From Promethearchaeota archaeon (GTDB lineage: Archaea; Asgardarchaeota; Lokiarchaeia; Sigyniarchaeales; SOKP01), in NCBI GenBank assembly GCA_016839765.1, contig JAEOTP010000016.1:64001-128000 (forward strand): a stretch of 64,000 bases of DNA. Direction: 5' to 3'. Positions 1-10,625 of the stretch are shown here, piece by piece. A program made the translations under genes and the position numbers. Positions within the stretch are counted from its first letter, which is position 1; every line of letters starts with the position of its first letter. The notes under the pieces were generated by a model. It searched no databases and was not told the DNA's origin. It saw only the letters and a list, made by a program, of their open reading frames with translations.

Positions 1-586
1 AAACTGCAAATCCTAAACCAATAAAGACTTCTTTTATAGGTTTAAAATTATCATTGCCCTTTAGGGTGAATCCTAATAAAGTTAAACGATTATTGAATTT
101 AGGATTTTGAAGATACTTTCCAACATAGTAAACTGGAACTAATATAAATATTAATTCAGTAAACGAAAGTATAGCAACAAAATATGGATTAAACATCAAG
201 GCCGTAAGCTCTTCCAAATTCGATACAAATGGAAGAAAAAATGACGTTATTATAGTTGTTAAAGAAATCATTAAAATAAAAGCAAGTATAGGAATACCTA
301 TTGAGTAAAAGCTACCCCACAATTGTTTTTCTCCAAGATTTAGAATATCCTCATCTGCAATTTTTTTTTGATCCCATTCAGATCTATATGGATAAATGCC
401 TAGATCTGGAGGTGATGATTGATGTGAAATAACATTGCTTTTAATATACTCTAAGTCTACTCCACATTTAATACAAAATTTTTGTCTATCTATTTCTGGA
501 AGTTTAAATCCACATGAAGGACAGAATGTCCAAACTTTTTTACTTAGAAATATATTTTCCTTGTGTTCTTCTTCATTCATATTCAT
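1..586 (-). CDS. Zinc-ribbon membrane protein, 3' part outside window (possibly CPBP-family intramembrane protease)
   Basis: Manual translation from ATG 586 (or 580): MNMNEEEHKENIFLSKKVWTFCPSCGFKLPEIDRQKFCIKCG..., two CxxC pairs followed by hydrophobic helices; frame open to the window edge. Confidence 0.75.
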   Translation of the reverse strand, partial: MNMNEEEHKENIFLSKKVWTFCPSCGFKLPEIDRQKFCIKCGVDLEYIKSNVISHQSSPPDLGIYPYRSEWDQKKIADEDILNLGEKQLWGSFYSIGIPILAFILMISLTTIITSFFLPFVSNLEELTALMFNPYFVAILSFTELIFILVPVYYVGKYLQNPKFNNRLTLLGFTLKGNDNFKPIKEVFIGLGFAV

Positions 587-674
587 TTTTATATTATGAA
601 TTCACCTAATAATAATTATTTGTTCTAAATTAAAAATTGATTTGAAATGACAACTAAACAAATAGAACCCGTTT

Positions 675-2435
675 TTAATGTGTAAAATAGCAAAATAATT
701 CATTATTATCTCTTTCAATTGGATTAACAAATCCATATCTTTCAAACTGCACAGGTTTATTTAAGGGAATGCTTACAAGATTTACTTCCCCAAATCCCTT
801 CGAAATAGTACCGTCTGGTTTTAAAATTGATATATTTATATATTCATCTTTAGGAACCCAGTGGATTATTGTAAAATCTCTATTTAATTCTAAACTATAA
901 TATTTTGCTTTTACTTTCTTATTCTTTAAATCCAAAGAATCAATTTCAATGTTTAATAAATCTTTTAGCCGAATAATATCTTTGGATTTCAGCTTTTCAG
1001 CATCTCTCTCTGAGATGAAAATGTATATCTTTCCATTTTTTGCTTTTCCTTTTATTTTTCTATTTCCTTTATCAGGATTTGATGGTAATAATAAAGGTTC
1101 TGCGCAATATTCTAAGAAAGGAATTTTTGAAATTTCAATTAATATTGGGTTTTCTACATAAAAATATCTATCTGAAATTTCATCGATTATAGCTTTGTTT
1201 TTTGAATATAACCAATCCTCATCAAACGTGATACCTGAAAGTGACATTCCAAGATCATATAAAGCTTCTCGTAATGCTTTTGGTTTTATTCCTCTTTTTG
1301 CCAAGGATTGTAGACTCCAGGTTCTTGGATCTTCCCACCCTTCATATTTACCATTTTGTATATTATTTCTTGCTTCTGTTTTACTTAATTTCATATTTGG
1401 AAATTTTATTCTTCCATAATGCAAAAATTCCGCTTTTTGCCAATTAAAATGATCCCAAATAAAATCTTCAATAAAATCTTCTTTAACTAAATCTATCCCT
1501 CTGAGAATGTGCGATACACCAATTAAATGGTCATCAATCGCCCAAGAAAATTCCAGCATTGGCCAAACAATGTATTTTTTTCCTGTTCGAGGATGTTCTG
1601 CTTCAGAAATCCTCATAATAATTTGATCTCTTAAAGCAGGGTCCTTTTGGTCCATACCAGTTTTTAATCTCACTACAGCCTCACCCTCGCTATACTTTTT
1701 ATGGAGCATATTATTCCATTCCTCTAGGTTCTTTTCAATAGATTGATCCCTGTGAGGACAATTTCTTTGGTGTTTTTTGTATTTTTCTCTAAATATGTCA
1801 GCAGGGCAAAAGCAAACGTATGCGATATTATCATTTAATAGCTTTTCGCAGTATTCATAAAAAATCTCTAATCTTTCACTTTTATAATAAACTTTTGAAT
1901 ATTTAACTCCCAACCAGTTTAATCCTTCTTCTATTAGCTCATAAGCTTCAAGAATTACATATTTTGCCTTAGGGCTGTCCCTCAATGATTGTGGACTTCC
2001 TATTGTATCATCAAAAAATAGAATCAACTTCCCGTTGTATCTCCTTACATATTCATCATTTAATATAACCATTCTAGCATTTCCAATGTGTAGCGCACCA
2101 CTAGGATAAGGTGCTAACCGCATTACAATTTTTTTAAAATTAGTAATATTTTGTAAATCTGGTAAAATTTTTTCCTCCTCTTTCGATTCTTTTTTATCTA
2201 ATGCATGCGGATCTAGTTGTAATAGCTTTTCTTTTTGTTGCTCGATACTTAATTTTGAGATTTCTTGGATAATATCATCTAAGAGCGGATTTATTTCTTT
2301 CGTTTGGGATCTTAAATCTGGTCTTTGTGCCATTAACTTTCCCATTACTGCCTTTTTATTAGGTTTACCTTGAAATTCAATGGCATTTTTAAGGCCACTT
2401 ATCCATAATATTTCTTTGATTTCTTTCTCATTCAT
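675..2435 (-). CDS. gltX: Glutamate--tRNA ligase (archaeal type)
   Basis: RLAPYPSGALHIGN (HIGH), KLSKT (KMSKS-like), GWEDPRTWSL, QFERYGF. Confidence 0.97.
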   Translation of the reverse strand: MNEKEIKEILWISGLKNAIEFQGKPNKKAVMGKLMAQRPDLRSQTKEINPLLDDIIQEISKLSIEQQKEKLLQLDPHALDKKESKEEEKILPDLQNITNFKKIVMRLAPYPSGALHIGNARMVILNDEYVRRYNGKLILFFDDTIGSPQSLRDSPKAKYVILEAYELIEEGLNWLGVKYSKVYYKSERLEIFYEYCEKLLNDNIAYVCFCPADIFREKYKKHQRNCPHRDQSIEKNLEEWNNMLHKKYSEGEAVVRLKTGMDQKDPALRDQIIMRISEAEHPRTGKKYIVWPMLEFSWAIDDHLIGVSHILRGIDLVKEDFIEDFIWDHFNWQKAEFLHYGRIKFPNMKLSKTEARNNIQNGKYEGWEDPRTWSLQSLAKRGIKPKALREALYDLGMSLSGITFDEDWLYSKNKAIIDEISDRYFYVENPILIEISKIPFLEYCAEPLLLPSNPDKGNRKIKGKAKNGKIYIFISERDAEKLKSKDIIRLKDLLNIEIDSLDLKNKKVKAKYYSLELNRDFTIIHWVPKDEYINISILKPDGTISKGFGEVNLVSIPLNKPVQFERYGFVNPIERDNNELFCYFTH

Positions 2436-2576
2436 ATATCAGAATCAACAAAATGGAGGGATGATCTACTAAATCTTAATTTTATTAATAATATATAGTT
2501 TTCAAAAAGATAATTTTTTTAGCAATTCTTAAATAACAATAATGGTAATAGTCATCTAAAAAGTAGAAGTAAAAAA

Positions 2577-2861
2577 ATGTTTTATCGGGGATATATACTA
2601 ATAAGACTTAAAACCATAGGTGCCGAATGGAAAGTCGTTGAGAAGCTTTCAAGTCTCAAATCAACTGAATCCGAAGAAAATTGGCAAGTGACTTATGTTA
2701 CACCTGTTTATGGAGGGTGGGATCTTGTTGTTGAATGCTCATTCACTAAATTACAAGAGTTAGATAAAATTGTGGCTTATATGCGGGTAGATGATCAATT
2801 ATCTCAGTGGATTGAAGAAACGACTACATTAGTATCAAGTAAACCAGATTATTTTGGGTAA
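2577..2861 (+). CDS. Stand-alone Lrp/AsnC ligand-binding (RAM) domain protein
   Basis: GYILI...VYGGWDLVV...IEETTTL pattern; no HTH. Confidence 0.75.
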   Translation: MFYRGYILIRLKTIGAEWKVVEKLSSLKSTESEENWQVTYVTPVYGGWDLVVECSFTKLQELDKIVAYMRVDDQLSQWIEETTTLVSSKPDYFG

Positions 2862-2866
2862 TTTAA

Positions 2867-3538
2867 TCACCTAAATTCATTGATTTCTTTATCTATAATA
2901 TGTTTTATTACATTTTCAAAAAGGCTTAAACCCATATGTTTATAACCCTCTACTGAAAAATGTATTCCATCTCCTGTTGTAAATTCTGGTTTTAAGTAAT
3001 TTTCCTCGTCTTTCATATAAGAATAATCAGTAAAAGGAATATTATTTTTTATGAAAAATTCTTTTAATTCTTCATTAAAATCAGATTGAATTATATCATA
3101 TCTTTGACTTGAAGCTCTTTTAGTTATTGGGGGGATCAATCCTCCAATAGAGAATATTTTGTTATCTTTTGAGATTCTATGAAGATCCATTATGTTTTTA
3201 AGTATTTTCTGAGTAGAACTGCTCCAACCCAAATCATTCGTTCCAATTATTATGATTGAATAATTTGGTTTTGGATTATATGCTATTAAATCATCAATTC
3301 TGTATAACAAGCCAGTGGAAGTATCTCCAGGTATCCCTTTATTTACAAAAATTATCTCTTTTGAGATAGATACCTTTTCTTTATTTATTTTTTTTTCAAT
3401 ATATTCATCGCAGTATTCTTTTAACCAATATTCATATTGAGACTGAATATTTCCATTTCCCCTTGAAATTCCATCTGAATGGGGATAATATCCAGGCCAA
3501 CCAGCTGTTAATGAATTACCAAAGCATAAAAAAATCAT
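2867..3538 (-). CDS. SGNH/GDSL hydrolase
   Basis: FGNSLTAG, NKGIPGD, IGTND, DGIH blocks. Confidence 0.9.
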   Translation of the reverse strand: MIFLCFGNSLTAGWPGYYPHSDGISRGNGNIQSQYEYWLKEYCDEYIEKKINKEKVSISKEIIFVNKGIPGDTSTGLLYRIDDLIAYNPKPNYSIIIIGTNDLGWSSSTQKILKNIMDLHRISKDNKIFSIGGLIPPITKRASSQRYDIIQSDFNEELKEFFIKNNIPFTDYSYMKDEENYLKPEFTTGDGIHFSVEGYKHMGLSLFENVIKHIIDKEINEFR

Positions 3539-3543
3539 TTAAA

Positions 3544-4212
3544 CTACTTCTGAACTATATTTAATAATAGCATTATATCCTGAAGACTTACTTTTGATAA
3601 ATTTTTTACAATAAGATCAGCATTAAGGAGTTCATTTTTTCTATGAGTGGTAGTAAGAGCAATTGATTTCATTCCCGCCCGATTTGCGGCCTCAATGCCT
3701 ACTGGAGCGTCTTCTATAACAAGACAATTTTTAGGTTCTGTTTTCAATTTTTTAGCAGAGATTAAAAAGACATCTGGTGATGGTTTTCCATTTTTAACTT
3801 CGGCAGCGGTAATTAATACATCAAAATCTTCTTTTAATTGTAAAGTATTAATTAATAATTCCACATTTTCACGAGGTCCACTTGAACCAACTGCCAATTT
3901 GAAACCATACGATTTAAGTTCTTGGATGATTCGTTTCACTCCAGGCAATGGTTTTAATTTATCTTTTACCATTTCTCTATAATATTGTTCTTTTAGAGCT
4001 GCCCATTTTTCGACGAGTTCTTGGTCTATCCCACGTCCTACTAGTTTTCTCACAATTGTGGGACTTTGTTGACCAAATGTCTTCTCGAAAAATTCTTTTC
4101 TAAAACGATATCCCATTTCATTAGCAATTTTTACCCAGCTATCAAAATGAATTGGGCTAGTGTCTGCTAACACACCATCCATATCAAATATAACACTGTA
4201 TTGATCAAACAT
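3544..4212 (-). CDS. HAD-family phosphatase (beta-PGM/CbbY-like)
   Basis: FDMDGVL, KPSPD, EDAPVG. Confidence 0.9.
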   Translation of the reverse strand: MFDQYSVIFDMDGVLADTSPIHFDSWVKIANEMGYRFRKEFFEKTFGQQSPTIVRKLVGRGIDQELVEKWAALKEQYYREMVKDKLKPLPGVKRIIQELKSYGFKLAVGSSGPRENVELLINTLQLKEDFDVLITAAEVKNGKPSPDVFLISAKKLKTEPKNCLVIEDAPVGIEAANRAGMKSIALTTTHRKNELLNADLIVKNLSKVSLQDIMLLLNIVQK

Positions 4213-4293
4213 AATTTTAATTACTTATAATGATTAGAAAAGTATTATAGTTACTCAATAATTATTAAAAATTACAAATAAATCATTTCAAAA

Positions 4294-4426
4294 GGTCTGG
4301 TAGTCTAGCTTGGATTGCTATTTTAGTTTCAATAACATAGCATAAATAGGGCGCTGGCTTGCGGAGCCAGATATCTTGTATTAAATACTAGACTGGAAAT
4401 CGAGGGTTCAAATCCCCCCCAGACCA
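4294..4426 (+). tRNA. tRNA-Arg(GCG) with two non-canonical introns (~4316-4347 in the D-loop; 4373-4398 in the variable region)
   Basis: Acceptor GGTCTGG/CCAGACC plus discriminator A; anticodon arm CTGGC-TTGCGGA-GCCAG; T-arm GAGGG-TTCAAAT-CCCCC; two AT-rich hairpin inserts whose removal restores a cloverleaf. Confidence 0.9.
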
Positions 4427-4452
4427 TTAAATTTTAAATCCCTCTGAATTAA

Positions 4453-5691
4453 TTAGGTATCTTCTATTGTAATGAATTTATCGCATCTTGGGACTAAAAA
4501 TCGACAACCATCCTTAGTAACAACGATATCTTCTTCCAATGAAACCATTCCATAATTTTTCGTTTTGACATAGAGTTCTAGAGTAAATATATTACCTTCT
4601 TCAACAATTCCTTTAGGAATATCGCCATATCGTTCCCAGAGTGGACCAAGTAAGAGACCTCCATCATGAGCATTAGTACCTAGTTGATGTCCCAAAGCAT
4701 GGGCATATTCTTCATATCCTTGAGATTTCACATAATCACGAGCTACTTTATCTACAGAAAATCCGGTAACACCCGGTTTGATACATTCTGCAGCTTTAGT
4801 AATTGCTCCATGGACGGTTTTAAAAGCGTGTGTTAATTCTTCTGGTATTTCATCTTCAGATCCGAAAAACCATATTCTCTGCAAATCCGAACAATACCCG
4901 CTAAATTTTACTCCAAAATCATTATGTAAAATATGCCCCTTTTTTGTTTTGGAATTAGGAAGGGGACCAACATGTCCATATTCTTTATCAGGCCCAGCAT
5001 CTATGGCAGGACATGATACGCGCTGCCAAGCCTCAACTACGTTGCGCTTATCCATTTCATCATGAAATAAATTCTGAATTTCCGTTTCATTCATTCCAGT
5101 TTTTATCAATTTGGTCATTTTATGATTAATTTCTTCAGTAAGCTCACAAGCTTTTGTGACAAGCTCAAGTTCTGTCTTTGTTTTTCGCCCTCGAATAGCT
5201 TGAATTAGTGGTGCAGCGCTTATAAAAAGATCCTTTTTATCGGATAAAATTGAAATGAGTTTAAGAAACATTCCATGAGAGAGACCATCTGAAACTACAT
5301 CATCCTCAGAATAATTGAGAGCAATCTTCGATGGTTTAATCCTCTGAAAAAGTTCTTTCATAGGAGCACTAATTCCTTCTTTATAAGGAATGACTACATC
5401 CCAAATACCTTTTCTTTCTTCAGCTAAAGCATCAAAATCGCCAACTATAGCAGATTTGGTAAATTTTTCCCCTTCAAATGCAAAAACAAAAGAAGATTTC
5501 CAAACCACATCACCACCAATTACTTGATTCATAATGGGATCAGGGTTAACAGAAGTTTCACGAGCAAAGATTAACCAGCAGTCAATACCTTTTTCTTTCA
5601 TAATTTTAGGGATGAGTTCATGTTTTTCTTTAACAATTTTTATCAATAGATCATGAGGTATTTTTGCTTGACTCATTATCTTCCCCTCCAT
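4453..5691 (-). CDS. M24-family Xaa-Pro peptidase
   Basis: DFG...YCSDLQR, HALGHQLG...HD, TLE, EEDIVVT metal ligands. Confidence 0.9.
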   Translation of the reverse strand: MEGKIMSQAKIPHDLLIKIVKEKHELIPKIMKEKGIDCWLIFARETSVNPDPIMNQVIGGDVVWKSSFVFAFEGEKFTKSAIVGDFDALAEERKGIWDVVIPYKEGISAPMKELFQRIKPSKIALNYSEDDVVSDGLSHGMFLKLISILSDKKDLFISAAPLIQAIRGRKTKTELELVTKACELTEEINHKMTKLIKTGMNETEIQNLFHDEMDKRNVVEAWQRVSCPAIDAGPDKEYGHVGPLPNSKTKKGHILHNDFGVKFSGYCSDLQRIWFFGSEDEIPEELTHAFKTVHGAITKAAECIKPGVTGFSVDKVARDYVKSQGYEEYAHALGHQLGTNAHDGGLLLGPLWERYGDIPKGIVEEGNIFTLELYVKTKNYGMVSLEEDIVVTKDGCRFLVPRCDKFITIEDT

Positions 5692-5706
5692 AAGTTCTTT
5701 TTTAAT

Positions 5707-6456
5707 TTAATGAATATGGTTTAATATCTCTGAAATATCATTTACTTTTATATAATTTGGGACATTAATTTCTCTTTCAAAAGGAAATCTAAGCATTCTC
5801 TTACACAAGATTGTTTGTAATCCAGCTCTATCTCCACCAACAATATCAGCATGCTCATCCCCACATACCATGCATGTTTCAGGTTTTTCTAAACCCATTT
5901 TTTTTAATGTATACAAAAAAATATCGGGATCAGGTTTTCTTTTTCCAAACTCAGCAGATGTAACCACAACATTAAAAAATTCCATTAAATCATACTTTTT
6001 AAGTAAATTAATTATTGTCATATGATGTGGATGATTAGATAAAACCGCCATTTTAAGATTTTTAAAATTTGATAACTTTTCTAAAGTATCTTTTGTATTT
6101 TTAAAAGGAACCCATTCTTTCTCTTCATATGAATGATATAAATCTGCTAATTCGAAATAAATTTCTCTATTAACCTTCTCCAGATTCAATTCATCTAAAA
6201 CCAATTCAAATACATTCGAAGTGGGAAATTCTTTTTTTGTCTTAAGGCTTTGTTTAAAATATTGAGTTCTTTTTTTTTTGAACAATTTGGAAAATTGTTT
6301 TATGATTTCCTCGTTATTTAAAATATTAGTCTCCTTTAATTTTTCTATTGACTTTCTAAGCCCTTTTCTAAAACATTCAAAATATGTCTCTATAGAAGCA
6401 TTCCTGAATTCAAATAACGTAAAACCGAAATCAAATATTAAACCATCTATTTTCAT
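5707..6456 (-). CDS. HAD-family hydrolase
   Basis: FDFGFTL, LSN, RKPDPDIF, GDEHADIVG. Confidence 0.85.
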   Translation of the reverse strand: MKIDGLIFDFGFTLFEFRNASIETYFECFRKGLRKSIEKLKETNILNNEEIIKQFSKLFKKKRTQYFKQSLKTKKEFPTSNVFELVLDELNLEKVNREIYFELADLYHSYEEKEWVPFKNTKDTLEKLSNFKNLKMAVLSNHPHHMTIINLLKKYDLMEFFNVVVTSAEFGKRKPDPDIFLYTLKKMGLEKPETCMVCGDEHADIVGGDRAGLQTILCKRMLRFPFEREINVPNYIKVNDISEILNHIH

Positions 6457-6591
6457 ATTCTAATTTATTAAAAATCTTTTTAAATTTTAATCTATCTCTC
6501 TCCTTTTATAAATTTAATTTAATTTGGATTTGTTAAAGATTTAATAATAAACAAGTTTTTTAAGAAAAATTAATAACTTATTTGAAGTACC

Positions 6592-7122
6592 ATGTCAATT
6601 AAAAAATGGCTTACTGATGATACAATTGGAGAGGATAGGAAAAAAAGAGAAGAGGAATATAATAAATTATCCAAGGAAGAAAAGACAGAATTAAAAAAGA
6701 AAAAGCTACAACAAATAATTCAAAAAGACAAGAAGCAAAAGCCAGTTATTACAAAATCAGAAAACTTTTTGAATGAAGTTATAAAATTTAAGGAATGGTT
6801 AGACGATAGAAATTATATAAAAGGAGATTTAGTTAAAATTGAAATGTGGATAAAAAATTTATATAGGAGGCTTGAATCTAATCATATTCAAAACCAATTA
6901 CAGAAAAAAAATATCTCTAAGTTAAAGGAAAAATATAGAGAAATTCCACTAGCATTTTTAGATGAAAAAACCAGAATTGCGTTAAACAAGAAATTAAGGA
7001 ATGTTAATAGAACAGCATCAGATAATTATTATCTAAGAAAATTGAAAGAGACCATAAAAGAAAGATTAAAAGAAGCGGAATATTATGAGACTTTAAGAAA
7101 AATTTTAGAAAATAGATCTTGA
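6592..7122 (+). CDS. Hypothetical basic helical protein
   Basis: 176-aa ORF with host-like codon use, 22 bp upstream of the next gene; no motif recognised. Confidence 0.7.
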   Translation: MSIKKWLTDDTIGEDRKKREEEYNKLSKEEKTELKKKKLQQIIQKDKKQKPVITKSENFLNEVIKFKEWLDDRNYIKGDLVKIEMWIKNLYRRLESNHIQNQLQKKNISKLKEKYREIPLAFLDEKTRIALNKKLRNVNRTASDNYYLRKLKETIKERLKEAEYYETLRKILENRS

Positions 7123-7144
7123 TAAAACAGAAAAAACGAGTAGA

Positions 7145-8233
7145 ATGTGGTTAATTTGCCCTATTGCTGGAGTTGGGACACGTCTTCAACCTTTTACATA
7201 TTCTAAGCCTAAAGCTTTTTTAAAAGTGGCAGGAAAAAGATTAATTGATCATATATTAATCAAATTACAAAAAACATTCCCCAAAAATACAAACGTATGC
7301 TTTATAGTAGGATACAAGAAAAGGCAAATTACCGATTATTTACAAAAAAATTACTCAGATTATTTTAACTTGGAATTTGTTGAACAAATTCCTTTGGGTT
7401 TCGAGGCAGATTCTCCTTTTTTTAGTGGTTTGGGTGATGCGATACTATTAGCGAAAGACTATGCTTATAATGATGACTGTTTTATTTTTCTTAGCGATCG
7501 TTTACCTTTAGAGGATTATTCATCTATTCTTCTAACTTACCATCAAGGAAATTGTGAAGGAATTATTAATATAAAGAAAGTTGAAAATCCTCAATTTTAT
7601 GGAGTAACTGTGCTAGATGAAAATGGATATGTAGAAAAAATAGTGGAAAAACCAAGTGAGTTCATTTCTGATTATGCTGTGTCCGGAGCGTATTTATTTG
7701 GGAAAATTATAGCCCCAAGATTATTTCAACTATTAGAAGAGCAAAAGAAAGTTGAAATTAAAAATGGAAAAGAACACCAATTAACTCCAATTATTCAAAT
7801 GTTAGTTGAGGAAGGTGTTAAACTTAAAGTTAATGAAATGCAGAACGAAATCTTAGATTTTGGTCGTCCTGATAGTTTATTAGATGGTAATCGTCATCTT
7901 CTCTCAGAAATAAAGTTAAAAGATCCTTTATATGAAAATCAATCCCGTTCTGGAAATATCGTAGATTCTAAGATTGTTCCTCCTGTATTTATTGGAAAAG
8001 ATGTAAAAATAACTGATTCAGTAATTGGTCCTAATGTATCGATAGGAGATGATTTAGTTATTGATAAATGTATTCTTTCTGAATCTGTTATTGGAGATGG
8101 TGTAATTATGAAAAAAATAATATCAACTAATAGTATTATTGGAGACTATTCAATTTTGGAAGATTTAATAAAAAATAATATTACTATTGGAGATTCTACT
8201 TATATCACTACGTCTAATATGAAATCCTTTTAG
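7145..8233 (+). CDS. Sugar-phosphate nucleotidyltransferase with C-terminal hexapeptide repeats
   Basis: AGVGTRLQPFTYSKPK, VEKP, DFGRPD, C-terminal IG repeats. Confidence 0.9.
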   Translation: MWLICPIAGVGTRLQPFTYSKPKAFLKVAGKRLIDHILIKLQKTFPKNTNVCFIVGYKKRQITDYLQKNYSDYFNLEFVEQIPLGFEADSPFFSGLGDAILLAKDYAYNDDCFIFLSDRLPLEDYSSILLTYHQGNCEGIINIKKVENPQFYGVTVLDENGYVEKIVEKPSEFISDYAVSGAYLFGKIIAPRLFQLLEEQKKVEIKNGKEHQLTPIIQMLVEEGVKLKVNEMQNEILDFGRPDSLLDGNRHLLSEIKLKDPLYENQSRSGNIVDSKIVPPVFIGKDVKITDSVIGPNVSIGDDLVIDKCILSESVIGDGVIMKKIISTNSIIGDYSILEDLIKNNITIGDSTYITTSNMKSF

Positions 8234-8269
8234 ATTTTTAAAAAAAAGAGGATTTGTTAAATTTGTAAA

Positions 8270-9688
8270 TTAATTAAATACTGGTTTCTTATTCTGCCAA
8301 GGAGCAATTTCCTCAAAAGCTTTTGAAACTTGAAGTACAGTTTTTTCATCAAATCTTTTCCCAACTATCTGCATTCCTATAGGTAATTTTTCGCTAGACC
8401 AACCGCATGGTATTGATGCAGCAGGTAATGAAGTTAAGTTAAATGGATAAGTAAAGGGATACCATCCTGAATGCGAAACCGCTTTACCTTGGATTTTTGA
8501 AGGTCCGACACTTCCCAATTCAAAAGCAGGCACTGCTGTAGTTGGCGTAATTAAGATATCATAATTCTTAAAAAACTGATGCATTACCTCATCACAAGCC
8601 AATCTCTGAGATAAAGCAAGTTGAAGATTCATAGCAGTCATTGGTAAAGCAACTTTAATTTGTTTGACCAGACCAGGTGTTATACGATCTCTCCATTCAT
8701 CAAATTTTTTTTTTAAATCATAAGCGGTTCCAACAGTACTATAGGTATAAAATGCATTTTCTGCTTTTCTCATGTTTAAATTTACTTTTTCGGCTGTCCA
8801 ATCGAACGTTTCTAGCTTATCAATTGAATTAAGTACCGATTTTTCAACATCAGAATCTAATGCTTTTGCTAAACCCAAATCAAAGGAATAACCAATTTTT
8901 AATTTTGAAGGCTTTTCATCAAGTATTTCGACATATTTTATATTATTTTCTGGGAGTGACTGTCTGTCTCCCAGATGGGGTCCTTTCATAACATCCAACA
9001 TAAGAGCGGCATCTTTTACATATCGAGTCATTGGTCCATAATGATCCATAGTATAGAATTCAAGTCCTATGCGTGGATATTTAGGGATTCTTCCATAAGT
9101 AGGTTTCAAACCAAATATCCCACATAAACAGCTGGGAACCCTTATAGATCCACCTCCATCTGAGCCTAGCGCTAAAGGGCTGATACCTGATGCTACTGCT
9201 GCACCAGCACCACCACTTGAACCTCCAGATGTTTTTTCTAAATTCCAAGGATTTTTAGTCTCTCCAAAAATTAAATTAAAAGTAACCGTAACATGTCCGA
9301 ATTCTGGTGTATTTGTTTTTCCTAAAATTACACAACCTGCATTTTTAAGCCTTTTAATAACTACTTCATCTTCTTCAGGTATAAAATCTTCATATAGTTT
9401 AGAACCAAATGTAGTCCTAATTCCTTTAATCATAATTAAATCTTTAATGCTAGTCGGAATCCCGTTAAGTAATGGTATATCTACTCCCGTTTTAACTACT
9501 TTATCTGCTTCTTTAGCCATTTCTCTAGCTAAATCAAACGTTGGAGTACAATATGCATTTAAAATTGGATTGATCTTTTCAATTCTTTCAATAATTATCT
9601 CTGTAATTTCTTGAGAAGTTATATCTCCTTTTTTTATTGAATCTACTATATCACAAGCAGACATATAACAAATTTCTTCATTTTTCAT
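8270..9688 (-). CDS. Amidase-signature family amidase
   Basis: GGSSGG, GSDGGGSIRVP, catalytic Lys in SIKD. Confidence 0.93.
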   Translation of the reverse strand: MKNEEICYMSACDIVDSIKKGDITSQEITEIIIERIEKINPILNAYCTPTFDLAREMAKEADKVVKTGVDIPLLNGIPTSIKDLIMIKGIRTTFGSKLYEDFIPEEDEVVIKRLKNAGCVILGKTNTPEFGHVTVTFNLIFGETKNPWNLEKTSGGSSGGAGAAVASGISPLALGSDGGGSIRVPSCLCGIFGLKPTYGRIPKYPRIGLEFYTMDHYGPMTRYVKDAALMLDVMKGPHLGDRQSLPENNIKYVEILDEKPSKLKIGYSFDLGLAKALDSDVEKSVLNSIDKLETFDWTAEKVNLNMRKAENAFYTYSTVGTAYDLKKKFDEWRDRITPGLVKQIKVALPMTAMNLQLALSQRLACDEVMHQFFKNYDILITPTTAVPAFELGSVGPSKIQGKAVSHSGWYPFTYPFNLTSLPAASIPCGWSSEKLPIGMQIVGKRFDEKTVLQVSKAFEEIAPWQNKKPVFN

Positions 9689-9917
9689 ATTTTAATACCC
9701 TAATCTTCCTAGATTATAAGATCTTTTATATTATCTTTTATATAATTATTGTGTTTTATTTAATTGTTATTAAGGGTTAGAATAGCATTAATAATAAGTT
9801 GTCATATTTTGAGAGAGAATAATATTGTGTTTAAATAAAGTATAAATTTCTCAATATACTATTATCGAATATAATTTAACATAAGATATGAAATTATAAC
9901 AAAAATTAGATGCTAAA

Positions 9918-10601
9918 TTGAAGCGTAAAAATAAAGTTATATTAGCTTTAGTATTTCTAAATGTTGCCGTTTTTTGCTTATGTACCAATGAGTATGTTAA
10001 AGCACAGACTTATTCTTTAGGAGTAAAAGAAGATAAAGAGTATATTTGGGAAGTAACTTATTTGGATTCGAGTTTATTTGGTAGAATCTTGGGTTCTGAG
10101 CCAAATTATGATGTAGGTGATAGAATAAGGGTAATTATTAGAGAAATTGTTGATGTTGAGACATATTGGAGAATAACTATAGATTGGTGGGATTATCAGG
10201 TTGATTGGGGTCAAAAAGGAACTTTTCAGAACATTCAACTATTTAAATTAGCCTTTCAATACCAACATTGCATATTTTTACCAACTCCGGTTGATGATTA
10301 CCTTGAAAAGGTTGAAGGAGAGTTTCCAACAGACTATCAAGTAGAAGGATTTAAAATATCCCAAATCTTAAAATCAGAAATAGACGAAGAATATTTGCAT
10401 GAAAGAACATATAATAATGACGGAATTCTAGTAACAGAAGCAATTTATGAATATTCTAATACAAGATTAATCGTTAAGGTTGAAGCAACATTTGCAACGA
10501 TTCCAATGGGTATATACTTTATTGGTTTCATTCTAGTTGCTGTTACAGCAATTATTTTCATTACCATGAGAAATAAAAAGTACACAATTAAAGTGTCTTG
10601 A
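9918..10601 (+). CDS. Secreted protein with C-terminal membrane anchor
   Basis: Signal-peptide-like N-terminus; C-terminal IP + TM helix + basic tail. Confidence 0.7.
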   Translation: MKRKNKVILALVFLNVAVFCLCTNEYVKAQTYSLGVKEDKEYIWEVTYLDSSLFGRILGSEPNYDVGDRIRVIIREIVDVETYWRITIDWWDYQVDWGQKGTFQNIQLFKLAFQYQHCIFLPTPVDDYLEKVEGEFPTDYQVEGFKISQILKSEIDEEYLHERTYNNDGILVTEAIYEYSNTRLIVKVEATFATIPMGIYFIGFILVAVTAIIFITMRNKKYTIKVS

Positions 10602-10625
10602 ATAATATAATAATTGATCTACTTC

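Noticed and set aside
8270-9688. GatA call for the amidase
   Set aside because: No gatB/gatC neighbours; looks like a generic amidase-signature enzyme.
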